Virus record (IMG/VR): IMGVR_UViG_3300037110_000087
Span: 1-64,000 of that record
DNA length: 64,000 bases
Strand: one strand, 5' to 3'
The translations under genes were made by a program, and so were the position numbers. Shown one piece after another: positions 38,439-48,640 of the stretch (positions are counted from its first letter, which is position 1; each line of letters starts with the position of its first letter). The notes below the pieces were generated by a model. It saw only the letters and a list, made by a program, of their open reading frames with translations. It made no database searches and was not told where the DNA came from.

Positions 38439-38725
38439 AATGTCATGTATGTGGTGTTGACAAAGACCCGGATACCCTTGAGGTTTTCCCCTGGCATGAA
38501 GAACACGGCATTGTTGACTACCCGATAGAACCATTGTTCGACCTCGACTGTCAGCCGGGAGACCCCGGAAACATCGCTGGGAGACCCTGGAAGAAAATCA
38601 CCTTCTGCCACACCTGTTTTCATCGACTCAATCCCGATATGTGGACCTGCCAGAAGCATTACGAAGCACTGAATCCAGTGACTCCATTCAGCGAATTGCC
38701 TGATCTGCCTGAAGAAGAAATTTAA
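38435..38725 (+). CDS. zinc-finger-like hypothetical protein
   Basis: CHVC...CHTC; ATG after GAGGG. Confidence 0.65.
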   Translation: MKCHVCGVDKDPDTLEVFPWHEEHGIVDYPIEPLFDLDCQPGDPGNIAGRPWKKITFCHTCFHRLNPDMWTCQKHYEALNPVTPFSELPDLPEEEI

Positions 38726-38764
38726 TTCTTGTGTCTGGTTTTAATCCTTGCTGGTTAACAAGGT

Positions 38765-38941
38765 ATGGATGAACGGACCAAATTATTTCTTGCTCTTGAA
38801 TCCCTTGTTAAACATTTGATGGAGGAACAAGTATTTAATAAAATATACTCGGATATTACTGTGGATACACTGGTAGACGCAGCCGAGATGTTGGTACGTG
38901 AATTTTACTGGCAATCGAGTAGAATTCCAGGAGCAAAATGA
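38765..38941 (+). CDS. small hypothetical protein (58 aa)
   Basis: Read by hand; ATGA overlap with the dnaX-like gene. Confidence 0.5.
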   Translation: MDERTKLFLALESLVKHLMEEQVFNKIYSDITVDTLVDAAEMLVREFYWQSSRIPGAK

Positions 38942-40041
38942 AACCTTTAACCTTCATTCATCGTCCGAGAAGAATATCAGAAGTCCTGGGTCAGACTCAC
39001 ATCAAAAGGGCACTTGGTTTTAACTCACCGACTGGTCTATTGATTGATTTCGCCAATACTAAGGAATTCCCCCGAGCGATTACTATCCATGGACCCTACG
39101 GGACTGGAAAGACCACCATAGCCCGTATTCTGGCTCGATATATCAACTGCGAACATGGACCACTCAAAGCATGCCTAGAATGTGAGTCCTGTAGATCAAT
39201 GGAAAATTTCACTAATCCCGATGTCTGGGAGATGGATGCCGCTACTAATAATGGAGTGGATAACACTGTCAAGATCAAGGAGTGGGCACAGTTCAACACT
39301 AAGCGCAGGAAGAAGATTCTGATTTTGGATGAAGCTCACCGAATGAGTGTTCAAGCCTTCGATGCTCTACTCAAGATCATAGAAGAAGGGGTAGAGAATG
39401 TCTGCTTTGTATTCTGCACTACTGAGGTGGACAAGATCCCAGATACGGTATTAAGTAGGACCACCAAGTTTAAACTCTTTAAGTTGACTACTGAGGAAAC
39501 AACTCAGCTAGCTAATAAGATCTGTGCCAAAGAAGGGATCACGATCCAGGATCCAGCCTATTTCCAGCATCTGGTTAGAAAAGCAGATGGTCATGGTCGG
39601 GATATTATCCAGTATTTAAATGATGCTGCTACCCTATATTCGGACGAGCCTGGGGTCATCACTAACCACAGCATTGACCTACTCTGTGAACTATATCAAT
39701 CTGATCGAGTAGAACAATTCTTAGTGGGTTGTTTGAATCGGGACTTAGACATTATGAATCAGATAATAGAGGAAAGTTTTCTGGAGCCAATGGGATTCTG
39801 TAAGACCGCCATTGATTTGCTCAGACACGAAATTAGTCTAAGAACTGTTCTGCAGGGACAAGAAACCTACAAAACCTACAAGAGTGGTGATTTGATCAGG
39901 TTGTTAGGGATGATTGAGGACTGTAAGTATCGGTTACTTTTTGGTGATTCTCTAACTTCTCTTCTCATTGGTTGGGAGAGATGGAAACTTGGACAATATA
40001 TTCCAATGACGGACAAGGAAGATCTTAAGAGGGTGATATGA
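38938..40041 (+). CDS. dnaX: DNA polymerase III gamma/tau-like clamp-loader ATPase
   Basis: GPYGTGKTTIARILA..INC, CLECESC, EMDAATNNGVD, ILDEAHRMS..AFDALLK..EE, TVLSR. Confidence 0.92.
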   Translation: MKPLTFIHRPRRISEVLGQTHIKRALGFNSPTGLLIDFANTKEFPRAITIHGPYGTGKTTIARILARYINCEHGPLKACLECESCRSMENFTNPDVWEMDAATNNGVDNTVKIKEWAQFNTKRRKKILILDEAHRMSVQAFDALLKIIEEGVENVCFVFCTTEVDKIPDTVLSRTTKFKLFKLTTEETTQLANKICAKEGITIQDPAYFQHLVRKADGHGRDIIQYLNDAATLYSDEPGVITNHSIDLLCELYQSDRVEQFLVGCLNRDLDIMNQIIEESFLEPMGFCKTAIDLLRHEISLRTVLQGQETYKTYKSGDLIRLLGMIEDCKYRLLFGDSLTSLLIGWERWKLGQYIPMTDKEDLKRVI

Positions 40042-40186
40042 CATATATTCCTCACAAACCAGATCCTAAAATTAATAAAGTGATGATCATTAGTATTGCT
40101 GCTATGATATTGAGTATTATAGCACTAATTCTCGATCTTGTGACTTTGTTCAGACACTAGAAAGGTTATATTATTTAGGAGTAGTT

Positions 40187-41047
40187 ATGAATATCTATCC
40201 GTTGGGTAAAAGTACTGAAATCAAAATTGGAGCATCAATTCTCGTCCTTCTCGTCCTGGGATTCGGGGGCAGGGAATTTTATACGAGGTATAAGGACCAG
40301 AAAAGTCAGTTGGAACAGGCCAAGACAGAATTGGCTGATGCCAATGTCAATTATACTAAGCTGAAGGAAGGGATTGTACAAGCCCAGAATAGTAGTATTC
40401 TGACTCAGGATCAGCTTAAGAAACTGATCTCCTCAGAACTAAAAAATCAAATTACTCTCCATAATCAAGAGATCCTGGCAGCGATTAAGGAAGGGGTCCA
40501 AGTCAAATTTGATGAGAATCATGAAACTGGGACCAAGACGGGTACTACCCAATATACATTCCCTGTTGCTGGGAAGACGGACCCGATCGTAGATAAATTG
40601 GTGGTGGATACAAGCGTTCCTAGTTATAAACTAGATCTGAAACCTTTCACTCTGAATCTAGAGGCCACTCTAAACTATGATCAGAAGCAAGGCGTCACTC
40701 GGTTCTGGAGTAGACCTACCGCTGTTGGACTTCCCAAAGGTGTCGAAGCGACGATGGGTGAAGTTACCTTCAATCTAGATCAATCTTTCAACCAGTGGGT
40801 AACGAGTATGAGGGGAGAGACTGTCAGAGTTCCCGAAATGCCGAAATATACGGTAGGTGGCTTAGTGGGAGTTTCTTACGTGGGAAGTGCTTATTCTCCC
40901 GCTGCTAGCTGGCAAAAGATCTATGGGGTTGAGGGAACACGTAACTTCTCCAACAATCTTGGTATTGGTGGTGGAATTATGGGCAATGGTGTTTTGGGCT
41001 ATACGGAATTCTTGAAACTCACATATAGCTTCGGCAAGCAACCGTAG
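40187..41047 (+). CDS. membrane-anchored coiled-coil protein with Gly/aromatic beta-rich C-terminus (spanin candidate)
   Basis: N-terminal hydrophobic segment, heptad region, C-terminal amphipathic strands. Confidence 0.5.
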   Translation: MNIYPLGKSTEIKIGASILVLLVLGFGGREFYTRYKDQKSQLEQAKTELADANVNYTKLKEGIVQAQNSSILTQDQLKKLISSELKNQITLHNQEILAAIKEGVQVKFDENHETGTKTGTTQYTFPVAGKTDPIVDKLVVDTSVPSYKLDLKPFTLNLEATLNYDQKQGVTRFWSRPTAVGLPKGVEATMGEVTFNLDQSFNQWVTSMRGETVRVPEMPKYTVGGLVGVSYVGSAYSPAASWQKIYGVEGTRNFSNNLGIGGGIMGNGVLGYTEFLKLTYSFGKQP

Positions 41048-41188
41048 TGAGATCTTTCCCCTCAAGCACACCTGGGCCACCTTGTCCTTGTCCTAAGCCC
41101 CTCTATGTTAACACCATGACCGTTCGTCTTCCGTCACCCGCTTTTCTTTGGGCGCTTAAGAATAACACACTTGTCCCAAAAGGAATAA

Positions 41189-41728
41189 ATGAGCCAACAG
41201 GTCTTAGACTCCCTATTATTGAATGAAGATATCCAAAAGCTCAAAGCAGCCTTCCAGATCGATCCTTATGTGATTGCCTGTAGGGAATGGATGTTGTGGG
41301 CCAATAATGAATTGGCTAAGATGATTAATATTGGAGTACCTTGCCTAGATGCTACTCCATTAGCTATTAGAGAGGCTAATCTGTGGTTGCAAGGTCTGCA
41401 GAATAACCGGGACACACTCACTAATGTGAATATGAAGTTGGATGACTTCGAATTGACTATTGACGCTTATTACAATAGAGCGCATAGTATTACAATGATC
41501 CAGCCTCAGATTGAAACCGGCCTCAAGTCCAATGATCAGAGAAATGCCTATTTTGAACAGGTATTTGATGAATTAGTTTATTTTAAGAGCTATATAGATG
41601 TAATCAGGAAGAAATCCGACATGGTGAATGATAGCTTCCAGTCAGCCTTCTTTAATGTTCAGCAGCAGCAGAAGAATCTGCAGCTGGTATCGCGTGTAAT
41701 CAATGCCTATGGCACTCCGGTGAATTAA
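41189..41728 (+). CDS. hypothetical helical protein
   Basis: 179-aa ORF, RBS AAGGA. Confidence 0.7.
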   Translation: MSQQVLDSLLLNEDIQKLKAAFQIDPYVIACREWMLWANNELAKMINIGVPCLDATPLAIREANLWLQGLQNNRDTLTNVNMKLDDFELTIDAYYNRAHSITMIQPQIETGLKSNDQRNAYFEQVFDELVYFKSYIDVIRKKSDMVNDSFQSAFFNVQQQQKNLQLVSRVINAYGTPVN

Positions 41729-42579
41729 TGCTAACACTAAAACAAAGAGTATATTCTAAGATAGACAAAACACAAAAGTTTTTATTCATGAATTCATACA
41801 ATCAGACACTAGAAGTGTCCTATATTGACAAGGATGATGGTAAGGATATTATTTGTGTCCCAACTCAGTGTGGGTGTTCCCAAGGATGTTTATTCTGTCA
41901 CATGACCGGATCTGGTGTCTCGACATCTGATCTCAGGGCAGGTGATATTGTAGTAGCTGTAACTGAGGTTATGGGCATTCTGGATCTGGTAAAGAATAAA
42001 CGACCTCTACTAGTGTCATATATGGGTTGTGGGGAGCCTCTCTGCAATTGGAAACAGACCCTTATTTCCATGACTTCGTTGAGTTTGCTCTTCCCCTTGA
42101 TTAGGTTTGCTCTGGCTACTATCCTCCCTGTAGGTCATGAAACAGAATTCATTGAAATGGGAAGATTCGTTAGAGGGGAGAATCTGGACCTGAAGGTCCA
42201 TCTATCCCTGCATTTCACGAATAATGATCAGCGGAAAAGGTGGTTGCCTTCTGCAGGAGAGATAAGACCCTCTCTTGACCTGCTTGAATGGTACAGAGAC
42301 TACACCGGTAATCGGATTGAACTCCACTATACCTCTATCGAGGGAGTGAATGATCGCTCCCTCGATGTAGAGGTATTGAATGATCTTCTATCGGATAGAG
42401 AAATACCTCTGAAACTATTATTATTTAATCCCAAGGAGGGATTAAATGCTTTTCCAAGTCCAGTGGATTTACTCATGGCTCTGGCAGCCATGGGCATCCA
42501 GGCAGAGTCATACACTCCACCAGGACGAGATATTGGGGCCTCATGTGGCCAGTTCGATCTGGAGAGTTACCAGAAATAA
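41728..42579 (+). CDS. RlmN/Cfr-like radical SAM methyltransferase (short form)
   Basis: ICVPTQCGCSQGCLFC, MGCGEP, SLH, GRDIGASCGQ. Confidence 0.85.
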   Translation: MLTLKQRVYSKIDKTQKFLFMNSYNQTLEVSYIDKDDGKDIICVPTQCGCSQGCLFCHMTGSGVSTSDLRAGDIVVAVTEVMGILDLVKNKRPLLVSYMGCGEPLCNWKQTLISMTSLSLLFPLIRFALATILPVGHETEFIEMGRFVRGENLDLKVHLSLHFTNNDQRKRWLPSAGEIRPSLDLLEWYRDYTGNRIELHYTSIEGVNDRSLDVEVLNDLLSDREIPLKLLLFNPKEGLNAFPSPVDLLMALAAMGIQAESYTPPGRDIGASCGQFDLESYQK

Positions 42580-42590
42580 AGGAGTGAATC

Positions 42591-42794
42591 ATGCCTTTGA
42601 CGGAGAGATGCTCTGAGTGTGGTAAAACCTTTCGTCAGCATCGCAGACATAAGATTGGATCCAAACGTCATGCTCAATGGTGTCAGAGCTATCCACGAGG
42701 GATGAGAAAAATTTCCGAAGGATACTGGGATTCAAGAAAGCCCAAGCCCACAGAGGATATAATGGAATCCCTTGAGGAATTAAAGAATGATTAA
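42591..42794 (+). CDS. hypothetical protein
   Basis: CSEC; RBS AAGGAG. Confidence 0.6.
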   Translation: MPLTERCSECGKTFRQHRRHKIGSKRHAQWCQSYPRGMRKISEGYWDSRKPKPTEDIMESLEELKND

Positions 42795-43134
42795 ACTAAC
42801 GATAATTATTGCTCTCATCTGGCTTCATTACATCGCAGACTTCTTGGCTCAGACTGATGATATGGCCATCAACAAGAGTACCAGCAATTATTGGTTGGGT
42901 ATGCATGTTATGGTATATACAGTTTTCCTTCTGTATTTGTCTTTCCTCTTGTTGATAAGTTGGAAATTTGCCATAGTGAATGGTATTGCTCATTTCGTGA
43001 TCGACTGGTGCACTTCACGTGGGACGAGTTATCTATGGAAGAAAGATAAAAGGCATTGGTTCTTCTCGCTCATTGGATTTGATCAGGCTTTACATTTGAC
43101 CGTTCTGGTTCTCACCTACGCATGGCTAGCATGA
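42787..43134 (+). CDS. DUF3307-like membrane protein
   Basis: HYIADFLAQT...H...HFVID...DQALH. Confidence 0.75.
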   Translation: MIKLTIIIALIWLHYIADFLAQTDDMAINKSTSNYWLGMHVMVYTVFLLYLSFLLLISWKFAIVNGIAHFVIDWCTSRGTSYLWKKDKRHWFFSLIGFDQALHLTVLVLTYAWLA

Positions 43135-43454
43135 TGAACCTACGCAAGCAAATGGAGGAACTACTTGCCAAACCCTGGCCGGTTCTCAGACCCTCTGAAA
43201 AGTTAGCACGACTAGAATGGATTGAGAAGATGGAATCGGGTGGTCATCCCATTGTGGTCAGCAAGCCCGAATTTGTGGGTAAAATCCTGGATCGGTCCTA
43301 TTTAAAGATCCCAATGGCAGAACCTCCTGTGGTGGGCTGGACCATTTATGAAACGGTTGCACCAATCATAGTAAACAAGCGCGGGGTAGGCTGGCGAGGT
43401 AGGTTGCGTCGTTTCTGGTGGTGGATGAGAGGGTTCTTTTGTCATGAGCAGTGA
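43131..43454 (+). CDS. hypothetical protein
   Basis: ORF with a 4-nt overlap. Confidence 0.6.
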   Translation: MMNLRKQMEELLAKPWPVLRPSEKLARLEWIEKMESGGHPIVVSKPEFVGKILDRSYLKIPMAEPPVVGWTIYETVAPIIVNKRGVGWRGRLRRFWWWMRGFFCHEQ

Positions 43455-43610
43455 TCTAACCTTAGAGAACTGTCTTGATTTATCTCTCGTCTATTGGAAC
43501 CTCATTGGATGTTCAAGACGCGATCGGATCTTAGTATGGACGATCTATTGGGACTATCACCTGATGGATGATTGGCCCCTCGTAGTTTAAACCAATATAT
43601 TGTCAGTTCC

Positions 43611-43619
43611 TGCTAAACT
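43611..43619 (+). promoter_or_regulatory. extended -10 element (TGcTAAACT)
   Basis: Directly upstream of the GAGGA RBS of the fibre gene. Confidence 0.45.
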
Positions 43620-43631
43620 GGGGTAGAGGAA

Positions 43632-45683
43632 TTGATAAACATGGAATTTGTACTCAAAACCCAATTAAGAGATGACCAGAATAGAATAGACGAAGTTTTT
43701 TCGGCAACCTCAGGTTGCAATGTCTTATCTATCGGATTGAACATTCCACCTACCTCTAACACGGTAGGAGATACTTATGTAATTGGTTCCAGTCCAACTG
43801 GAGCTTGGGCCGGTAACGCCAATCAGGTTGCGAGATGGTCCGCTAACACCAATAGTTGGTTATTCAGCACTGTCTCTGCTGGCTGGTTTGTTGTAGAATC
43901 TCCACTGGGCGTACTGTATACCTATAATGGGACCACCTGGGCCTCCAGTGAAATGGTTAATCCCATGACCGCAGTGAATGATCTACTGATTGGTGGTACA
44001 GGTGGTATTCCTACAAGATTAGCTGCTGGTGCCAATCAACAGGTCTTAGCTGTTAATGGTAGTAGCTTAGCCTGGATGACTGTTTCATCAGTAGTCTTAG
44101 GTACCGCTATGAGTAACCCAATGACTGCCCTCAATGATCTGATCGTTGGTGGGTCTGCTGGTGTTCCTGCTAGATTGGGAATTGGATCTAATGGACAGTT
44201 CCTGGGAATTTCATCAGGTGGAAATATAACTTGGATGAATCCTTCTTCAGGGTTCGCTAGTCCTATGACCACTCTAGGCGATATGATTTATAGTAATGAT
44301 TCCTCTGGAACAGCTGCTAGATTGGCTATTGGCACAAATGGTCAAATTCTAACCGTGAACAGTGGTGGTGTCCCAGTATGGGCAACTGCATCTGCAGGTT
44401 TCGTTAACCCAATGACTACCATGGATGATCTAATTATTGGTGGGGGTGGGGGTTCCCCGGCTAGGTTGGCAGAGGGATCCGAGGGTCAGGTACTTACTAT
44501 CAGTAGTGGTCATGTCACTTGGACTACTCCAGTGATATTCAATAATCCAATGACTACCGCTGCTGATCTGATCGTGGGTGGTACAAGTGGTGCCCCTGCA
44601 AGACTCGCGAAGGGATCAAATAATCAGGTCCTGACTGTCAGTTCTGGTGCATTAGCCTGGGCGAACCCAACTGGCATGGCGAACCCAATGACCTCTCTTA
44701 ATGACCTGATCATAGGGGGCAGTTCTGGTGTTCCATTTAGATTAGCCGGTGGATCTAATAATCAGATTCTTGGAATTAGCAGTGGGGCTGTTGCCTGGAT
44801 TGCTGCTCCTACCTCTGGAATGGCCAATCCCATGACCTCTCTGGGTGATATGGTCTATTCGATTAACAATTCTGGTGTCCCAGGGAAACTACAAATAGGG
44901 ACCGATGGGATGTATTTATCGATCTCTGGTGGGATTCCAGCTTGGATAACTGGGCCTGGGGCAAGCTTATCAAATCCAATGACTACTCAGTACGATCTAT
45001 TAGTAGGTGGTACTGGTGGTGCTCCTGCAAGATTGGGAGTAGGAACAGCGGGACAAGTACTTGGTGTTAGTTCCGGTGGCGCATTGACATGGACTAATCA
45101 GACACCATTGACTACAGCTGGTGATATTTTCGTCGGTGGTACTGGTGGTGCGAGTGCACGACTTGGTATTGGTACAAATGGTCAGGTCCTTGGCATCGCT
45201 TCTGGGTCGCTGGCATGGGTCGCTCAGTCTGGATCTATTCTCCCCTCGTTTACCGGTGCAAATAATGGTCAGGTCCTTGGTATCGTTAGCGATGCCACCC
45301 AATGGGTCAGTATCCCGGCTCCCGCTATCCCCGCTATGATGGTATTAACTACTCAATCTGTTACCGTTACGCCGGGACAAACCCTCTATTGGGAAGAGAC
45401 GGTTACTTCTAACAGAATGTATGGAGTATCAGTTGCATCCAGCACGGGATCTTTCCCCACTAATACCAATTTACAATTGCAAATGTTTGGTAATGATACT
45501 GGTGGTACTAATTACACTAATTTAATGTATTCTAACAATTTCACAGACGTGCTCCCCAGCGATACCACTCAAGGTTGGTATTATAGGGATATGGCAGCAA
45601 CTGGAATGATGAGACTATCCTTAACGAATAATGGTGCTTCTAGTATCACTTGCTCCTTCATTATTACTACGGAACCTTTCTAA
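43632..45683 (+). CDS. tail-fibre-like repeat protein with DUF2793-like N-terminal domain
   Basis: GDTYVIG..PTGAWAG..NQVA.W domain followed by nine [NST]P[ML]T..D...GG...RL..G..QVL....W repeats. Confidence 0.75.
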   Translation: MINMEFVLKTQLRDDQNRIDEVFSATSGCNVLSIGLNIPPTSNTVGDTYVIGSSPTGAWAGNANQVARWSANTNSWLFSTVSAGWFVVESPLGVLYTYNGTTWASSEMVNPMTAVNDLLIGGTGGIPTRLAAGANQQVLAVNGSSLAWMTVSSVVLGTAMSNPMTALNDLIVGGSAGVPARLGIGSNGQFLGISSGGNITWMNPSSGFASPMTTLGDMIYSNDSSGTAARLAIGTNGQILTVNSGGVPVWATASAGFVNPMTTMDDLIIGGGGGSPARLAEGSEGQVLTISSGHVTWTTPVIFNNPMTTAADLIVGGTSGAPARLAKGSNNQVLTVSSGALAWANPTGMANPMTSLNDLIIGGSSGVPFRLAGGSNNQILGISSGAVAWIAAPTSGMANPMTSLGDMVYSINNSGVPGKLQIGTDGMYLSISGGIPAWITGPGASLSNPMTTQYDLLVGGTGGAPARLGVGTAGQVLGVSSGGALTWTNQTPLTTAGDIFVGGTGGASARLGIGTNGQVLGIASGSLAWVAQSGSILPSFTGANNGQVLGIVSDATQWVSIPAPAIPAMMVLTTQSVTVTPGQTLYWEETVTSNRMYGVSVASSTGSFPTNTNLQLQMFGNDTGGTNYTNLMYSNNFTDVLPSDTTQGWYYRDMAATGMMRLSLTNNGASSITCSFIITTEPF

Positions 45684-45686
45684 GGA

Positions 45687-47879
45687 ATGACCATGACCAA
45701 CATTAAACTTCCATCACCTAGAAGCTTCCCACCTGATCCTGACTATATTAACTTAGCCACTACTCCAACTCCTCTGACGACCCAATATGATATATTAATA
45801 GGTGGAGTGGGGGGTGTTCCAACTAGACTCCCAATTGGATCTAATGGTCAACTACTGGGCGTTGATAGTGGTGGTAATCTAGTCTATCTCAATAGTTCAG
45901 CAGGAATGGCAAACCCAATGACGCTCATGGGTGACACTATTTATGGTGGGACTAGTGGAGTACCGACTAAGCTAACGGTGGGTGTAGCTGGACAAATCCT
46001 AACGGTCTATAATGGTCTACCTTCATGGCAAAATCCACCCAATGGTCTGCCAAACTATTCTTCTGCCAATAATGGTGAAGTGCTGGGTGTATCAAGTGGT
46101 GCTCCTGGTTGGGTTACACAGGTTACCCTTCCAGTAGTCTTCTCAGATCTTGGTACCAGCGGACAGGTACTTGGTATTTCAAGTGGCAATTTGGCCTGGA
46201 TTAATCAAGCCTCCGTTCCTGGTGTTTTTACTAGTTTGGGTAGTGATGGCCAAATATTAGGCATCACTAGTGGCAATATGGCTTGGGTCACTCCCAGTGG
46301 CAGCGGTGGGAGTGGCAGCGGTGGCACAAGTATCCCTTATAGCGGTTTCCAGGGGGCAACTGCTACCTTCTCTGGTACTACGATGACTCTAACCGGCCTT
46401 CCGACTTATGGTCACTTTGCGATTACGGATGCCTATGGTAACCCAGTTGTAGTTAATTACTCGACTACAGGTAGTATTGATACAATCACTCTTGTCTCCT
46501 TAGCCAGCGGTACAATTGGTGAACTCGGAAGTGTTTATAACCTCCCGGATGATTCAGCGGCTATAGCGGTAGGCACATCCACTACCAATATTTATTCTAA
46601 CGTTGGTAGTGGATTCTTATATAGTTCTGGGGAAGGATACCTGGAGTGGGGTGGATTCATTAGCCTGCCTGATTATTCTGGGCAACCCGATGGCCAAGTA
46701 TTAGGCATCGCTAGTGGCCTACCCTCATGGCAACCACAGAATAGTCTCGTTACTAATGTTGCGAGTGTTGATGGAGCCACTATTAATCTTGGTTCATGGT
46801 CCGCCAGTTTTAATACCTTTGGTGGACCCACCAGTTTTAATATCACTGGAGCTATTTACGCAGATGCTACTGCAGTATCTTCAAATGAAAGCGTCGGTTT
46901 CAGTATTTATATTGATGGTAATGACTTAGCAGATTTATTCACTGCCTCAGCTACTGATTCTATTACTCCACAATCTATGAGTGAGATTGTTACTTCTCCT
47001 TTATTGATTGCTGGAAGTCATACACTTTCAATACTAGCTTATAACTCTGATAGTATGTTCATTGGGTCAGATGACTCCAATGGCGCATTCTTCACAGTCA
47101 CTTGCACAGAAATTACTACTCGTGAACTCCCTACTGTCAGTTCGAATACTGAAGGCTATATTCTTTCTATATCAGATGGCCAACCATCCTGGAATCAACG
47201 ACAACCACCAATGTGGACCCAATTGGTTATGAACAGTGGGGAATGGGTCTCTCCGACTGTGACTATAGGCACATCTCCTGCATTGAATACCACTGATACA
47301 GGGATGCAATCTAGATTCTTGGATTTCGAGGTGACCTCTTTGGGCAGTGGTATCTCAGCGGTAGGGTTCCTTGCTCCTGGCATTGGTGGTGGTAACACCC
47401 CTACCCCCATGTCCACCTTCTTGACTCTAATACCAGTTCCCATCTCTAATGTCTGCAATCCCGGTATTTACCTATTTGATACTACTGATTCAAAATATAT
47501 TGAATTCTGTATTGATGTTACTGGGTCATCCCCTGCTGCCAAGGTGAAGACCTGGACAGCTGCAGAAGCTGGTGGATCTGGTGGTCCTACAACACTGTTC
47601 ACAAAGAATCTTGGTTGTTGGTTACCCACCCCACTGACTCTCAGTATCTATGATGATGGTACTAGTTGGAATTTTAGACTGAGTGTCAATGGCTTCCAAG
47701 GTCAATATGGGCTGACAGAGACTCCAGGACAGTTCTTTACCACTTTATACTCTTACACCTACTCATCAGGTTCACCCTTCATGTCCTCCACCAATTATTC
47801 GGGATTCGGGATGTCCTTTACCGGAGCAGATACAGGGAGATTCCAGGTCCTTGATTTTGGGTTCTCTGGTTCCCAATAA
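45687..47879 (+). CDS. second tail-fibre-like protein with the same repeat and a distinct beta-rich tip
   Basis: Two full repeats, several GQVLG.SSG...W units, Gly/Ser/Thr-rich. Confidence 0.7.
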   Translation: MTMTNIKLPSPRSFPPDPDYINLATTPTPLTTQYDILIGGVGGVPTRLPIGSNGQLLGVDSGGNLVYLNSSAGMANPMTLMGDTIYGGTSGVPTKLTVGVAGQILTVYNGLPSWQNPPNGLPNYSSANNGEVLGVSSGAPGWVTQVTLPVVFSDLGTSGQVLGISSGNLAWINQASVPGVFTSLGSDGQILGITSGNMAWVTPSGSGGSGSGGTSIPYSGFQGATATFSGTTMTLTGLPTYGHFAITDAYGNPVVVNYSTTGSIDTITLVSLASGTIGELGSVYNLPDDSAAIAVGTSTTNIYSNVGSGFLYSSGEGYLEWGGFISLPDYSGQPDGQVLGIASGLPSWQPQNSLVTNVASVDGATINLGSWSASFNTFGGPTSFNITGAIYADATAVSSNESVGFSIYIDGNDLADLFTASATDSITPQSMSEIVTSPLLIAGSHTLSILAYNSDSMFIGSDDSNGAFFTVTCTEITTRELPTVSSNTEGYILSISDGQPSWNQRQPPMWTQLVMNSGEWVSPTVTIGTSPALNTTDTGMQSRFLDFEVTSLGSGISAVGFLAPGIGGGNTPTPMSTFLTLIPVPISNVCNPGIYLFDTTDSKYIEFCIDVTGSSPAAKVKTWTAAEAGGSGGPTTLFTKNLGCWLPTPLTLSIYDDGTSWNFRLSVNGFQGQYGLTETPGQFFTTLYSYTYSSGSPFMSSTNYSGFGMSFTGADTGRFQVLDFGFSGSQ

Positions 47880-47918
47880 GTGGTAATCAGGATGGTGGGG
47901 TCCAGGTGATCCTGGACA

Positions 47919-48260
47919 TTAGCGATACAGGGGTACCCAGGCATCCTGGTGTTCGGGATCAGGCGTGAACTCGGAGGCGAGGAAGATATCGGTCCCGCCG
48001 ACCAGCCACCATGCAAAGGGCGTGAATCGGTCAATCTTGGCTTGGGATCTCCTGTCCTGGTTATCATGCTGGATCTGCCAGCGAGCCCTCATCTCGTCAT
48101 CGGTGGGGCGGTTGGGTCGGGAGTCCCGGTAGATCTGGTGCGCCAAGCACGGATGATCATCAGTGCAAGCGCACTCGTCGTTCCAGTAGACCCTATCCAT
48201 GCGCGGCCCCAGGCCCAGGGACTGCATCACGCCGCATAGGGGGCAAGGGATCATCTGCAT
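47919..48260 (-). CDS. hypothetical protein (GC-rich)
   Basis: CPLC...CAC..HPC. Confidence 0.55.
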   Translation of the reverse strand: MQMIPCPLCGVMQSLGLGPRMDRVYWNDECACTDDHPCLAHQIYRDSRPNRPTDDEMRARWQIQHDNQDRRSQAKIDRFTPFAWWLVGGTDIFLASEFTPDPEHQDAWVPLYR

Positions 48261-48262
48261 CG

Positions 48263-48640
48263 TTAATTTCCCCTTACTTCCTCAATTCCCCTACCCTTTG
48301 GCTTTTCACCGAAGCCTGTGGTGATAGTGCCATCGTTCTTATTAATGACCCTAACTGGCTCAGGCATGGCATCTTCTTTATTCAGCTTGAAGGTCTTGTT
48401 GTCAATCTTTACTGATTCGCCCATCATCAACCGCTCTGCATTGGCCGGTGAGAATCTTTGTTCGATGATCTTCTTCACTTCCCTGGAATCACTACCAAGA
48501 ATTTCTTTAGTTGTCGCCGGTTTGCGTCCTTCTCGTTCGATCACTGTGACCAGAATGCTTACTCTATGTTTGTCACTTCCAGGAACTGGGGGAGCAATTC
48601 TAGGAGGGACAGCGGAAACGCGTGTGAAATTAAGCTTCAT
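48263..48640 (-). CDS. hypothetical protein (variant N-terminal motif MKLNFT)
   Basis: 125 aa, RBS GAGG. Confidence 0.7.
   Translation of the reverse strand: MKLNFTRVSAVPPRIAPPVPGSDKHRVSILVTVIEREGRKPATTKEILGSDSREVKKIIEQRFSPANAERLMMGESVKIDNKTFKLNKEDAMPEPVRVINKNDGTITTGFGEKPKGRGIEEVRGN

Noticed and set aside
41050-41188. Possible structured RNA in the intergenic gap
   Set aside because: Only weak, imperfect complementarity (ctttggg/cccaaaag), and no recognisable family.
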